The notes beneath the pieces were generated by a model. The model did not search any database and was not told the origin of the DNA. It saw only the letters and a program-made list of their open reading frames with translations. A stretch of DNA of 64,000 bases, taken from positions 5,438,745 through 5,502,744 of the forward strand of contig MU058423.1 of NCBI GenBank assembly GCA_013265495.1, read 5' to 3'. Below are positions 24,961-37,241 of the stretch, one piece after another. The position numbers were made by a program, and so were the translations under genes. Source of the DNA: Vicugna vicugna. Lineage: Eukaryota. Positions within the stretch are counted from its first letter, which is position 1. Each line of letters opens with the position of its first letter.

Positions 24961-26399
24961 CCAGTAGTGTTTTGACTAAGTATATATTATTTTTCTTACT
25001 ATTTTCTTACCTTAAGTTTCTAAACCCATTATAACCCATTTTCTTGGTACACTTTTGACCTGTTTTTCCTTAGTGAATGATGTCACTGCCTCTTCTACAA
25101 TGATGTGACCTCCTTGCTTTTTTCATCCCACATAATTTTTGCTGTAATATAATCAAAAGCTCACTGAACACTTTTATATAAATTTCTAGAGGACATTTTG
25201 ATCTAATTATTGAAGTTGCTTTCAGTCTTTTGAATAAGGACATATTTGTGTTCACCTCTGCTTGGTAATCAACCGTACAAAACTACCTGTGAAGTATAAA
25301 ATGTAAAATGGCTTTTAAACATATTTTCTTACCTAATTTTATTTTTACCCTCTATAAACTTTTATTTCCTAAGAGAACTTTTTTTGTATTTGTCTATATT
25401 AAATTTTCAAATTTTCTCATAGCTATCTCTAGAAGTGCACCTTTATTGATTCAAATCTTTTCCTAATTTCAAATTCACATCTCCTCCAAAATTATTCTTT
25501 AGCTAGTCAGTTTTAGTTGCATTAAAAATATCCATTCTGAAATCACATATGATAATTTTATGATTACTAAGAACTGAGCAAATGCTGTATTTTAATAGGT
25601 ATTTGTTTTGGTCAAATATTGCAATTTTACTATGCACAAAAGATATGAATTAGTTAATATTTATTTTCAGGCATCTTAAAATATAGAAACTAGTACCCTG
25701 CTTCTGAGCACAAGAAGATGCTGCTACTCTATAGAAGATTAAGATGGCCACTTTCATTGCTGATTGTAATTTAAATAATTATTTTAAATGTGCATTGAGC
25801 AGTAATTATAAGAAAGGGCAATGGAGCTTGCCCTCCTCCTGAAAAATCCACATTAAATTACCTTAGTTTATGCACATTTTATTTGTATATATTTCACTTA
25901 AGAAATACTGGGATAAACACACCTAACTCTCCATTCTTACTCACTCCTGTCCTCTCAAAGTTCAAGTTCAAGGTCCATTTTGAATGAGGGCTCCACTTTC
26001 TGAGGACCCAGTATGAGCATGAGGCGTATACAGGGTTACCTCCTGGGAGAAGATGCCCTTTTGGTTTTTTTGGATGATTTCTTTTCATATGACTGGATGG
26101 GAGAAACACAGTCTTCCCCACTTTGGCTGCCTCTTTGCTGTCTTTTTTTGGATCTCTCTCCAAAAATGGGAGAAAGACTACAAAACTTACATCTTTATCT
26201 GCTGTTTCTTTTGTCTCTGTTATACCCGCTAGTACTACATAAATCAACAGATCGTTAAATCTGTAACTTACTTTTTATGTTGGTCTGATTTCTTATATTT
26301 ACTAACATTGTAACTTAAGTATACCAAGAAAATATGTAGGCTTTTTTTCTTAACCTTCAAGATACTGTGTTTTTCAGAAGCCTTTTCTGAATCTACCAT

Positions 26400-27065
26400 G
26401 AGGTTTGAGTGACATGTTTCACCTGCCCCTCACAAGAGCCCATGGAGCATTTTGTTCTCTCCCTAGAACATCCTGTGTAAATCAGCCTTTGTCAGTCCAC
26501 TAATATCCTCATGGTTTCTCCATCTACTCTCTAGCGGAGGGTAAACAACCTTCTCCATTTCAAACTACCATTTCTGTGGGAAAGCCAGACTTACTTTCAG
26601 TATTTCAGGAACTTCCCCATCACACAAACCCATCTTTCAGTGTAGGGGACATGTACTCTCTCAGGGTCCTTTGCAACGAGGTTTCAGGTGTGTCATCTTG
26701 ACTCTTTTTATCCATTGCACTGTATCTGGGCTGGTATTGGGAATTAGATAACTGAATTGCAAGTAATGGACACGAACAATCAATGCAGCAGCAAAGGTTG
26801 ATGTATCCAGTTTTCAGAAGTTGCATTTCTCACAGTCGGGTTTTAAGTGAGTATTAATGATGTCAGCAATGAAAGTGGTAGTCTTAGTCTTCTATAGAGC
26901 AGCAACTGTATCTTCATGGATCAGTTCTGTCATGTAATTTCTGATAACTTTTGTAGCTGTGCAGCCTTCAATTATTCTTCAGCCCTCTGGGGAAGATACT
27001 ATGTGCCATCCAATAGTAAAGCCATTTTCTGTTAAATTAGCTAGAACTGATTTATGTTACTTTAC
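26400..27065 (+). mobile_element. LTR33-like ERVL solo LTR (diverged)
   Basis: gaaagccagac...atttcaggaacttcc internally. The terminus gccatccaatagtaaagccattttctgttaaattagctagaactgattt is LTR33-like. Confidence 0.5.
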
Positions 27066-28527
27066 ATTCTCTCTTTTGATAAAATACGTAAATTCTGATT
27101 TAAAGAAACTGAAAAATAATTACACTATCATCATTGCTATAAAGGGATAGAGGGGATAGGACTTCAGAAGACTTATTTTTAATGTATATATACTCATGTT
27201 TATAAAAACAAAACATTACTGTAATATGTGTATATGAAGTTATTCTTTATATGTGTGCACCAAAAAGTTATAAACATATCTCCATTAGAAAAATCTTCCA
27301 GAATTAATAGGCTAGTGTCACAAGCAGAAGATTCTGAGTCTCGATGTTTAGACTAATGGTGGTATAGATGAAATTTACTTTACAACATAAAGGGAAATAA
27401 TGTTCTTAGAGTCGGGTCTTAATTCTGTCACATCTGTGCTCTATGTCCTTTGTCAAGGCACTTAATCCTTTTTTTGGTCCTATTTATTTCCCTCTAAATT
27501 AATTGGGTTAGATAACATCCTTATAATAGTGCTTCCTTTAAATTTTAAGACATGTTAATATAACCCTAAAATAAATTACACAAATACTAAACAAACATAT
27601 TGGGAATTTTAAAAGCAAATTTTAAAGTGAATATTTACATCCTATAAATCTGAAATTATAGGGCTATCCAAAGAGCTATCTGGGAGTGGCCATCAGATAT
27701 GAAACAGACCTTACCTTAGTTTAGCAAAACATGTGGGGCTTTACTAAACTTCCAAAATTCAAAGCTAGTTGATTTTAAAATGCTTCCCCCTGTATATTTA
27801 TTGATAGAAGGTTTTTAATTTATCTTTAAATATATAAAACAAAACAAAACAAAAAACTCTCCTGGCAACTGCTCTTGGCAACATTAGTGGGGTAGGTTCT
27901 CTCTTTACTCAATTTCACTTTTCCCATCTGCACCAGTTTCTCATGTGACAGTTCCTCTCCATGGGATTCTGGCAAATCAGCCAACATCAGTTGCTCTAAA
28001 TATTATCATTAGAAAAAAGAAAGGAAAGAAAAGCTCATATTTTTGATGTACAATAGCTAAAAGTTTTTGTTAATATTCAAGGACTAAATAAGACAACAGT
28101 TTTTAACCTAACAGTATGAATCTTTTGGCTTTCCCTTTATCCTACCCCAAAAAATCTTAGTGGATTGAATACTCTTTCTTTTTTCATTTTCCTTAAGAGA
28201 ATACAAAGTTTTTAAAATAAGCAGAAAGATTTTTTCCTCCCCAAGCTTAGCCTTGTTTTGCTTATTTTGTGCCAGGAACCACTGAGATACCTAGTTGTGG
28301 CCCTGATTTATTTCTCACCAGCTCAAACATGAGTCATAGTATGAGTTACCGTCTTTAGCACACTGAAAGTTCCATTTCTCCCAAAGCCAAGTCTTCCATG
28401 TGTCCCACATTTGCTCTTCCAGAGTATCAAGAAAGCAAAGTATATCACCGGCCTCCTGTATACGATACTAGAAAAAGTCAAGCAGATCTCATATACAAAT
28501 GTGAGTACCGAGCAGATTACATTCTAA

Positions 28528-28660
28528 ATCAATGGTATTCAACAGTGGTGGTACCGCTACCTGCAGGGCATTTTGGACATTAGCATTCTCGGCTTTCACA
28601 ATAAGATGGGGCCAGTGTAACTGGCATTTAATGGGAAGGACCAGGGATATTAGATTTGCT
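28528..28660. mobile_element. MER20-like hAT-Charlie DNA transposon fragment
   Basis: caatggtattcaac...cagggcattttggac...tcacaa...actggcatttaatgggaaggaccagggat resembles MER20. Confidence 0.6.
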
Positions 28661-28666
28661 GCTTAT

Positions 28667-29290
28667 TGTCCATTGTCAGATAACAGCCATCCCCATTCCC
28701 ACTGACTGTACCTCTCTCACTGTCGCCCCTCTCCCAGTATAGCAGGAGGTGGAAGGATTACATCTGCAGATTTCCCCGCAGTTAGGTTCGGATATTTTTA
28801 TTTAGGTTAATCCAATAAGTCTTGCTACATAGTTGGAAGGCAGACACAAGACGAATGCCATCTTCCCATGGCTACTCCCATTTGCTGCTGTTTAAGAAAC
28901 TGTCATTTTTCTGTATCAGATACTACTGTCTGCTGAGCAGCTTCCTATTTGTCAAGAAACAAGGAAACTATCTCTGGCTTCTTCATTTGACTCTGATTCC
29001 TGAAAAACAGCTTTGGGTATCTGCTCTCCAGTGTTCTTTGCCTGGGGTCCGCTGTGGCTGTGCCATCACTCACAGACCTGGGCCAGCAAAGCTCCAATGG
29101 CATCCTTAGAAATAGGAACTCTATAGCCGGAAACTAGTTTTTCCTAGGAAACATCTCAATAGGCCCGGGCTAGAACTTGTTTCTTCAGCCCTTCCTATAA
29201 TTTTGTAAACTCTTAGTTCCATATATTAAATTCCTTGCTGTTTGTAATACTTAGGGTAGTTTATATTTCCAGTACTGAATCTTAATTCTT
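28667..29290 (+). mobile_element. LTR33/LTR16-family ERVL solo LTR
   Basis: atttccccgcagttagg...atttaggttaatccaat internally, and terminus taaattccttgctgtttgtaatacttagggtagttt...actgaatc. Confidence 0.5.
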
Positions 29291-29394
29291 TCATGTTATG
29301 TCCTGAAATGCTCATCATGATTTATAAATCCTCTGCATTCTTGAGATTTTTGGATATCCTCCAAGAGGTTTACTTTACTTTTTAATATTTTTAT

Positions 29395-29662
29395 ATTTGA
29401 TTTATATGAATCCCTAGAAAATACAAATCTAATATATACTGACAGAAAGCAAATCAGTTATTGCTTGGGACCCCAGGGTGAAGGGATGGTTGCAGGGAAG
29501 GGGCACAAGAGAATTCTTAGCTTGAGGGGAAATGTGCTATATCTTGATTGTGATAGTAGTTACATAGGTGTATACATTTATCCATGTTTAATGAAATGGA
29601 CAGTTAAAAATGGGTGCATTTTATTTTATATAAATTGTACCTACATGAAGATGATTTTAAAC
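29395..29662 (+). mobile_element. L1MC/L1ME-type 3'UTR fragment
   Basis: gacagaaagcaaatcagttattgcttggg...ggaaatgtgctatatcttgattgtgatagtagttacataggtgtatacatt...taaattgtacct. Confidence 0.8.
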
Positions 29663-30124
29663 AAACATTTGCATAGGGCACACCTTTCAAAAATTTTTAA
29701 TATACACAATCTATTTAAGATTATATGAGCATAAACTTTGTTCAACATATATAAACAAACTATTTTTGCATAGTTTCATGATATGTACAATTTTGCAAGA
29801 TTTGCTGCTTTGATTGAGTGCTTACTTTGGAACTTTTCCGAAATTATTTTACTCTTTGTAAATATAATATTAACAATGCTAACATATTTGTCAATACAAT
29901 CCTCTAAACTGTCTTCATAACCATAGTGATGCTAAATAGAAGTACAAACGTCTGATTACTACATTAGGCCTTCTAATGTAATTGTGCTGGTCCATTTATA
30001 CTACTGAATTACATATCGCATTATGTATTACTTATTGCTTTATTAATCCTTTATATTTTAGTAAATTTTTGAGATTTGTTGCTAAATTGTAAGAGAAATC
30101 TGGTTAGGCTGTTAGTAGAACAAA

Positions 30125-30275
30125 TAACTCATTCATTCACTCCTTCATTATAAAACAGATCTTGTATGCCTACTATGTAGTACAGTGTCATAACACTGAG
30201 GATACTGAAGTGATAAAAATAAAAAGATAGTATCAGATACAGATAAAGGCTACAGAGAAAAATGGAGCAGTTGCC
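30125..30275 (-). mobile_element. LINE-2 3' end
   Basis: cattcattcact...tgcctactatgt...cactgaggatactgaagtga is the antisense L2 terminus. Confidence 0.65.
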
Positions 30276-30462
30276 CAGAGTCTACTAACTAAACACTAAA
30301 ACTCATGTTCGATAAATTTCCTCTAATTTAATTAGTACAGTATTTCTTACATTCTGAAGTAGTAGAGTAGAATAAGAGTGCAAAAAAAATTCACTTCCCA
30401 CTAACACAAGAGAAAACATAAAATAACAAGAAACCTTCACTCTAGTTTCATCTGATATCCCT

Positions 30463-30845
30463 TGTCCTGTGTTGGGTTCCCCAGGAAGCAGGTGCTGGGA
30501 TGGTATTAAGAATTCGGCAAGTTTATTGGGAGCATTGCTTGTGAAATAAAAAGGCAGAAAGCAGATTAGGCAAGAAGAGCCATCAGATAATAATATTGGG
30601 GCCCTAGAACAGATGTTACCAGATAAAGGAGTCCCTCCTTGGCAGAAATGGCCAAGTCTGAGCCTTGCCGTCTTGCTCAGTCATTAGCTAAGGCTCACTT
30701 AAAAAGAATATGACCCTGGCTTGGATGCTGAAGTGAATCAGAAGCAGCTAACAGCTAGGGCTGCGAGGTCACTGTACTCCTCACAGGTGGACAGTGAATC
30801 ATTCCTCAAAGCGGGGAATCTGAATGTAGCATCCCTCACTCTGCC
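30463..30845 (-). mobile_element. LTR16-like ERVL solo LTR
   Basis: tgtcctgtgttgggttccccaggaagcag..ctgggatgg...aagtttattgggag...ctcagtcattagct. Confidence 0.65.
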
Positions 30846-31957
30846 AAACTCTTCTGTAAAATTAGGAAATTTACAGTACTGTGCCTGCCAATCATTTCTG
30901 TTCATCTGGGCTTTATGATGGACTGAGTGTCTCTCAACCATGCCTAAAGACCATCAGTACCTAACTGACTGGGTCTGTAGCCCTACCCCTTCATGAACAG
31001 GTTAATCTACATTTGTAATGGACAAACGGCTCAGTCATTTCCCACTTTCTCAATCTCCTACTCTTCTGTCCATCTTTCTCTACCCCAGATGTCCCGTATA
31101 ACACTGTCTTTGTTCTGAAGTTGTTCAGGACTGTGGCACAGGGATTGTTCCTACATATCCCTTGTAGAGAAACTCAACAGATTCCCAAAGCAAAGGTAGT
31201 ATTTTCCTTACTTACTAAGTCTGGGGGCCTGGGAGGTAATTCAAATTAATCATTTTCCATGTTGTCCACCTTAGAACTTTGCCTTTTATCTTACTCTGTT
31301 TAATCCTGGCTCTGAGTAACTTTGGAACACCAACGGCGACACTAACATCTCTGTCAGGCAACTCCTTCTCCGCTCCGGGTGGCCTGCCCCTATTGCCCTG
31401 AATATTTTATTTTTGTTTCTCAGTGCTTTTCTTTCCTTTCCAGCAGGTCAAGTTGAATTTTCAAAACTCTGATATATTTTTTCTTTCTACTATATGTAGA
31501 CCTAATACAGTCTCTTACAGCTTTTAACCAAAAGATCTAAAATCTTGTCTTTAAGCTGATTCCACTGTTCCCAGAATTTCCGAATTCTTCTTTTCTAACC
31601 TAAAGTAATAATGTTTTCCTGCACAAAACTCTGAGGGCTTCTAGCCAAATCTCCATAACATTCCCTCTGCTATGAAGGACTCTTGGCTTTTCAAGTCGAG
31701 AATTTGAATAATTTTTAGTATCTCTCTCAGTCTCTCTCAGCTCTATGAAACTGGGTCTGTGAAAGCTTCATTCAGATGCTGCTGAATGTAAACCTAGGTG
31801 CTACCATTTATTTCCTGTATAATACTCTCACCATTTTCCCCATCTCTTTATTCATAAATTTCACCCCACTGCCAGAGAGAGAGGGAAAAAAAGAGAAGAG
31901 GCCACTTTTAGAAATTTTTTTATCACTTCATCTTACCAACAAACTTACGTATCTAAC

Positions 31958-32110
31958 ACAGTGAATCTTCAACAGGATTTCCTAGGCTGCTTATTAAAAA
32001 TACATGTAACTTGTCCTTTTGGCAGACTTACTGAATTTCTATTTTCACGGGCAGGGCTTGAGAAGCCGTGTTTTTCAAAAGTATCCTCAAACATATAAAT
32101 GTGTTTTGGG
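31958..32110. mobile_element. MER5-like hAT-Charlie fragment
   Basis: gcttattaaaaatacatg...cagacttactgaatt...gggcagggcttgagaa...tttttcaaaag resembles the MER5 core. Confidence 0.45.
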
Positions 32111-33429
32111 ATTTTCTTGCCCTGGCACCATCATCCAGCACCGCAATCCTGTACTTGATGAAGTCTATGGTCCTCCTCTTCCTTATGCCTACAGCTGGGA
32201 TGAGGTTAGAAGGGTGCCTGAGCGCCCCTTAGAGGCTAAAGATATTACTCAGCCATACTTTCATATCTAGAACATACTCTGTTTGCTCACTTTTAATGTA
32301 ATTCAGTATTCAGTACATCATCATCCTGTTTGGAGTCTCTTAGCCCTTTATTCATACGTGAGGCTACACCAGACTTGAGGGGGACCGTATGGGGCAGGAG
32401 CGCGCTTTAGGGTGCTGATAGTTTCACAGATCATTTGGGAAATTATCCTTCTCTGACTATATTTTAGGTGAGCCTGTGAAACATGGATAGTATTTTTCCT
32501 TTAAAATTTGAAATAATCTATAAATCTGGTCTTAATTTTTCTATAAAGATACCAACTTTTAAAATATTCTGAGTTTCATCAGTCAAATATGAGCAATGCT
32601 TTCTATTAAATATATTTTCCTTCAGTTTAATACCATGCGTATTACCTAAGTTTTAAGAACCATTTTCCATTATAAAATATTTATCATTGTATAGTTTTAA
32701 TAGAAAACTTATTTTCAAACTGTCTTAAATAAGGAGCATCTCACATACCAGGACATCTAGAGGTATTTTAAACTCCATGTATAATAGCAGCTTGATGATA
32801 TCATCCAGGAAAAAGGTTTATTTCATCTCTCTTCTCTGCATCCTCAACACTGGCAACTGGAAGCAGTTACCTACTGGGGTTGGATGCTTCCTTATTCACC
32901 CTCTAGTTAGATGGAGGAAATCACTCCCCCAAACATGGAATGAAGGACCTTCCATTCACTCTAACTGAGCCAGATTATCAGTCACCTGCCTGCTCCTGAT
33001 CCAAAAACAACTGATGAGGGAATAAAACATATATATGGATTGAGTTAACAAGATCCCTCTTTAGATATGCCTATTTATACAAAGTCATTTAAGAAGAGAA
33101 AAAGGGAAACTGATGTTTTCTAAGCAACCTAGTGATTTTTACATTATTTTTGAGTATTTGAAACATCTTATGAGAACATTTTCCACTTCAGATGTTGTAA
33201 CCGTATTTTCAATAGGTAATTATTAATTTTGAGCACATAAGAATGGTTTCAAGCAGTAATACTTGTGTTAGATAATGCAATTTCCTCATCTTATTCTTAA
33301 GATCTAGCATTAACTAGTCCTCAATCTGCTTGAGGACTTCATTTTTTTTTTAAAGGACAGAATATTTTCTAAGTCCCTGATACAGAAGAATACTTTTCTC
33401 TTGCTTTTAAACAAAATAATAAATGTTAA

Positions 33430-33636
33430 AATTAATTAAATACCTCTTGTGTAATAAGTACTATGCTGAAAACATCACCTCTGTTAATCCTCTCAACAAT
33501 GCTTTGCAGTATTATTATAATGTCAATTTTCAGATAGGAACTGAGTGTAAACAGATTGTGTAACTTTCCCAAGGTTATACTGCCATTAAGGGGTAGGTTT
33601 GGAGTTTGAACACAGGTCTGGTTTGACTCAAAACCT
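33430..33636 (-). mobile_element. MIR SINE
   Basis: ttaatcctctcaacaa...attttcagataggaactgag...taactttcccaaggttatac...ggagtttgaacacaggtctggtttgactcaaaacc. Confidence 0.85.
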
Positions 33637-33637
33637 A

Positions 33638-33945
33638 TGTAGGAGAGAAAAAAATCTCTTCTTTGATCCTTAAGTTCAGTGACAGGATTCATAAATCAAA
33701 CTGATAAAAGACTGGAAAACAGGAGACAAAACAGAGTTATTTACACATTCAATGTGCATAGCTCAGTAAGAACTAAATGATGAGTAACTCAAACAGGTAA
33801 CTAGAATATGGGGCTTATATACCATCTTAACAAAGGACAATAAATGTGTGCAGTGACAAAACAAAGGAGAAAGGGTTTGGGCTTCTGGGGGTGGTAAATG
33901 GTAGGAAGGTAAATATATGGCGGAAACTAAAGGAGGATAAGTTGG
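33638..33945 (-). mobile_element. MER34-like ERV1 LTR, 3' half
   Basis: The reverse complement aligns by eye with the 3' half of the LTR at 60708-61287 (ttagtttc, cagaagc, ctttgt.ttgtcact, ttattgt, tatataag, ttcta). Confidence 0.65.
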
Positions 33946-34602
33946 GAGAAGCTGTTCTTGGACTGCTATTTAACTATGTTAAACCACATATATAAGATTT
34001 ACTTTTTAGAAAGAAAAAAATTGATGCAGCAAAATGTAGGCAGGGATAATAAATAAGAGTATTTTAATATTATAAGAGAAACAATGAGCACTTTCACGTA
34101 GTCAGGAATGAAAAAAAAAGATAAAGGTTAGAAACGTTTACTGACTCCTGAAAAACCTTCAACAAAATGCTGGCAAAAATAATCCAGCACCAAGTAAAAG
34201 AATTTTACACCAAGTAGGATTTATGTAGTAATATAATACTTCATATCAACAGAATTAAAAAACAGTATCATAATTTCAGAAAATGCACTTGACAATATCC
34301 AACATCCTTTCATGATAACTACACTCAACAAGCTAGGAATAGAAGGGAAATTTTTCAAACTGATATAGAGTATTTACCAAAAAACCCACACAGCTAACAT
34401 CATACTTATTGGTGATAGACTGGCTGCTTTCCTCCTAACACCAGGAGACAGCAAGGGTGCACGCTCTGGTCGCTTCCAGTCAGCACTGCCCTGGAAGATC
34501 CAGGCTGGACAATGAGGCAAGGCAAGCAAATAAAAGACATTCAGATTGGGAAAGAAGATGTAAAACTATCTCTTTTCATAGATGACAGGATCTTGTATGT
34601 AG

Positions 34603-35151
34603 TGTGAAAATAAATACAGAAAAAACCTCATGTAAAATGGGGTCAGGAAGCCTTGAAGGCAGAGCTCTCACATCCCCACCACTTGTTGCAGCCTAAATAC
34701 CCTGGGAAGAAAATCATTATTTTGATAAGGTCTGTTTGTATAGAATTCTTTGTATACAATTCTCTCAGTGTCAATTTCTTATCCACGATAAGAATGTTAC
34801 CTCTCTTCTGGTACAAGGGAGGACATTTTTTCACATAGGAATTTCATCTCCTGCTTTTAAGGAAAGGAAGGAAGATTTCTCCCTGCCTCAGGAGCAATGC
34901 AGTAACCACTGCTTGCAGCCAGTAAGAATCTATAACTTGGAACTCCTTTTATTCTCCACTGAAATTCTATGCAAAACAACCCTCCTGAATTTCCTCCAAA
35001 AACCTAAAAGCTGACCTTCTCTTTGTCTCTTTGGACTTGCCCATGATTCACCACCGTAGCTTGTCTGTCCCGAACTGAAATTCTCTGCTATTTCATAAAT
35101 AAACTCACTTTTCTGGTAAAATAAACGGCTATTTTATTTTTGAAGCTGAAA
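34603..35151 (+). mobile_element. ERV1-class solo LTR nested in L1
   Basis: Starts TG and has AATAAA near its 3' end. Near-perfect 4-bp TSD gtag/atag. The L1 text gtatgtag|aaaa is continuous across it. Confidence 0.75.
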
Positions 35152-36255
35152 ATAGAAAAGTCCTATAGAAGCCACTAAAAAATATTACAACTTAGAAATT
35201 AGTTCAGGGAGGTTGTAAGACACAAGATCAATACATAAAAATCAACTGCATTTCTATATACTCACAAAGAATCCAAAGTGAAATTTAGAAAACAATTCAA
35301 TTCACATAGCATCAAAAGAGTAAAATATTTATGAGTAAATCTAACCACAGAAGTGCAAAGCTTACGCTCTGAAAACTATAAAACATTACTGACAAAGATG
35401 TTTTCAATATTTAAATAAATGGAAAATATCCCACGTTCAAGAACTGGGAAACTTACAGCTTGTTAAGACAGTATTCCCCAAGCTGATCTATAGATTAAAC
35501 ATCGTCCCTATCAGAAATTTCAGATACCTTCTTTATGAAAATTAGCAAGCTGACTCTAAAATTCATATAAAATTGAAGAGACCTAGAATAGCCAAAACAA
35601 TTCCCAAAATAGAACAAAGTATGAGATCCCACTCTTCTCAATCTCAAAACTTAGTTCAAAGCATCTTACTACAGATCTTACTGCAAATCAAGTTAGTGTA
35701 GTGCTGGCCAAAGGACAGACACATAGATGGATAAATAGAAATGAAGAGTCCAGAACTTTATATATATGTGTATACACACACACATATGTATATTTGTGTA
35801 CGATTAACTGATTATCAAAAAGAGTGCCAAGACAATTCAGTGAGAGAAAGGAAGAATAGTTTTTTCAACAAATTGTGCTCAAAAAGCTGGAGTCACATGC
35901 AGCATGCAGCTGGGCCCTTACAACATTCCATATACAAAAATTAACTCAAAATGAATCAACAACCAAAGTGTAAGAACTTAAAGTTTAAAACTGTTAGAAA
36001 AAAAGAAATCTTCAAGACCATGAATCTGGCAGTGGATTCCAGATATGGCACCAAATGCATGAGGAACAAAAGAAATAGATAAATTAGATTTCATTAAAAT
36101 TAACTTTTGTGAAAATATTCATAAAGTGAAAAGCCAACTCAAAAATCAGAGAAAATATTTGCAAATCATAAATCTAACAAAGAACTTGTATCTAAAATAT
36201 ACAAACATTTAGAACTAAATAATAAGGCAAATAACCCAATTAAAAATGGACAAAG

Positions 36256-37241
36256 GCCCAGAGCAAAGCCAATACTCATCATGGACTTTTCTGTCCTAAG
36301 CACAGGCAAGGCAATTAATTCATAGCCAAGGCCGAGGGATCTCCCAGCCCCTCCCAACCAGAGAACCTGTTTGGGAAACTGAGAGTGGCCTGAAGCAGCT
36401 CCTCCTCCCACTCAGGCAAGAGAGTTGAGACAGAGCCTACCAACTGTGCAGAGTGTCTTCTGGCTCCATCTGACCCCTGTGCACTGATGGTAGAATTGTA
36501 AATGGGTACAGGCACTATGGAAAATACTATGCAGGATCCTCAAAAAATTGAAAATAGGACTAACATATGATCCAGCAATTCCATCCAACAAACACTAACT
36601 TGAAAAGATATCTCCATCCCCATGTTCATAGCAGCATTATTTATAACAGCCAAGAAATGGAAACAGCTTAAGTGCCAACTATGGATAAATGGATAGAGTG
36701 GTGGTACCAGATATTATTCATCCCTAAAAAATGAGGAAATCACTTTTTGTGACAACATGGATGGACTCTGAATGCATTTGCTAAGTGAAATAGAAAAAGA
36801 CAAATACTGTATGATCTCACTAATATATGGAATCTAAAAAACCCAACAAACTCATAGAAAAAGATCAGATTTGTGGTTACTAGAGGAGGAAAGTGGGAAG
36901 TGTAGGGAGGAGAGGGGAGGGGGAGTTAGAGGAAGGTAGTCAAAAGGTACAAACTTCCAGTTATAAGATAAGTAAGTACTAGGGGTGTAATGTACAACAC
37001 AAAGAGTATAGCTAACACTGCTGTATGATATATAGGAAAGTTGTTAAAAGAATAAATACTAAGAGTTCTCACAAGGGGACTTTTCCCCTTTTTTTCTCTC
37101 TGTATTTGTATTTATGTGAAAAGATAGATGTTAGCTGAACCTATTGTAATTATTTAACAATACATGGAAATCAAACCAGCATGCTGTATGCCTTAAACTT
37201 ATACAGTGATGCATGTCAATTATTTCTCAAGAAAACTGGAA
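36256..37241 (+). mobile_element. Younger L1 (L1MA-like) 3' fragment with a heterologous 5' segment, nested in the older L1
   Basis: 14-bp TSD aaaaatggacaaag (36242-36255) / aaagatgggcaaag (37242-37255). 36472-37241 is L1 ORF2 end plus 3'UTR, ending gtcaattatttctcaagaaaactggaaaaa. Confidence 0.8.

Noticed and set aside
25894..26247. 117-aa minus-strand ORF as a single-exon gene
   Set aside because: It has a non-ATG start and no recognisable domain. It is kept only as part of the spliced-exon hypothesis, where the second exon is in another frame.
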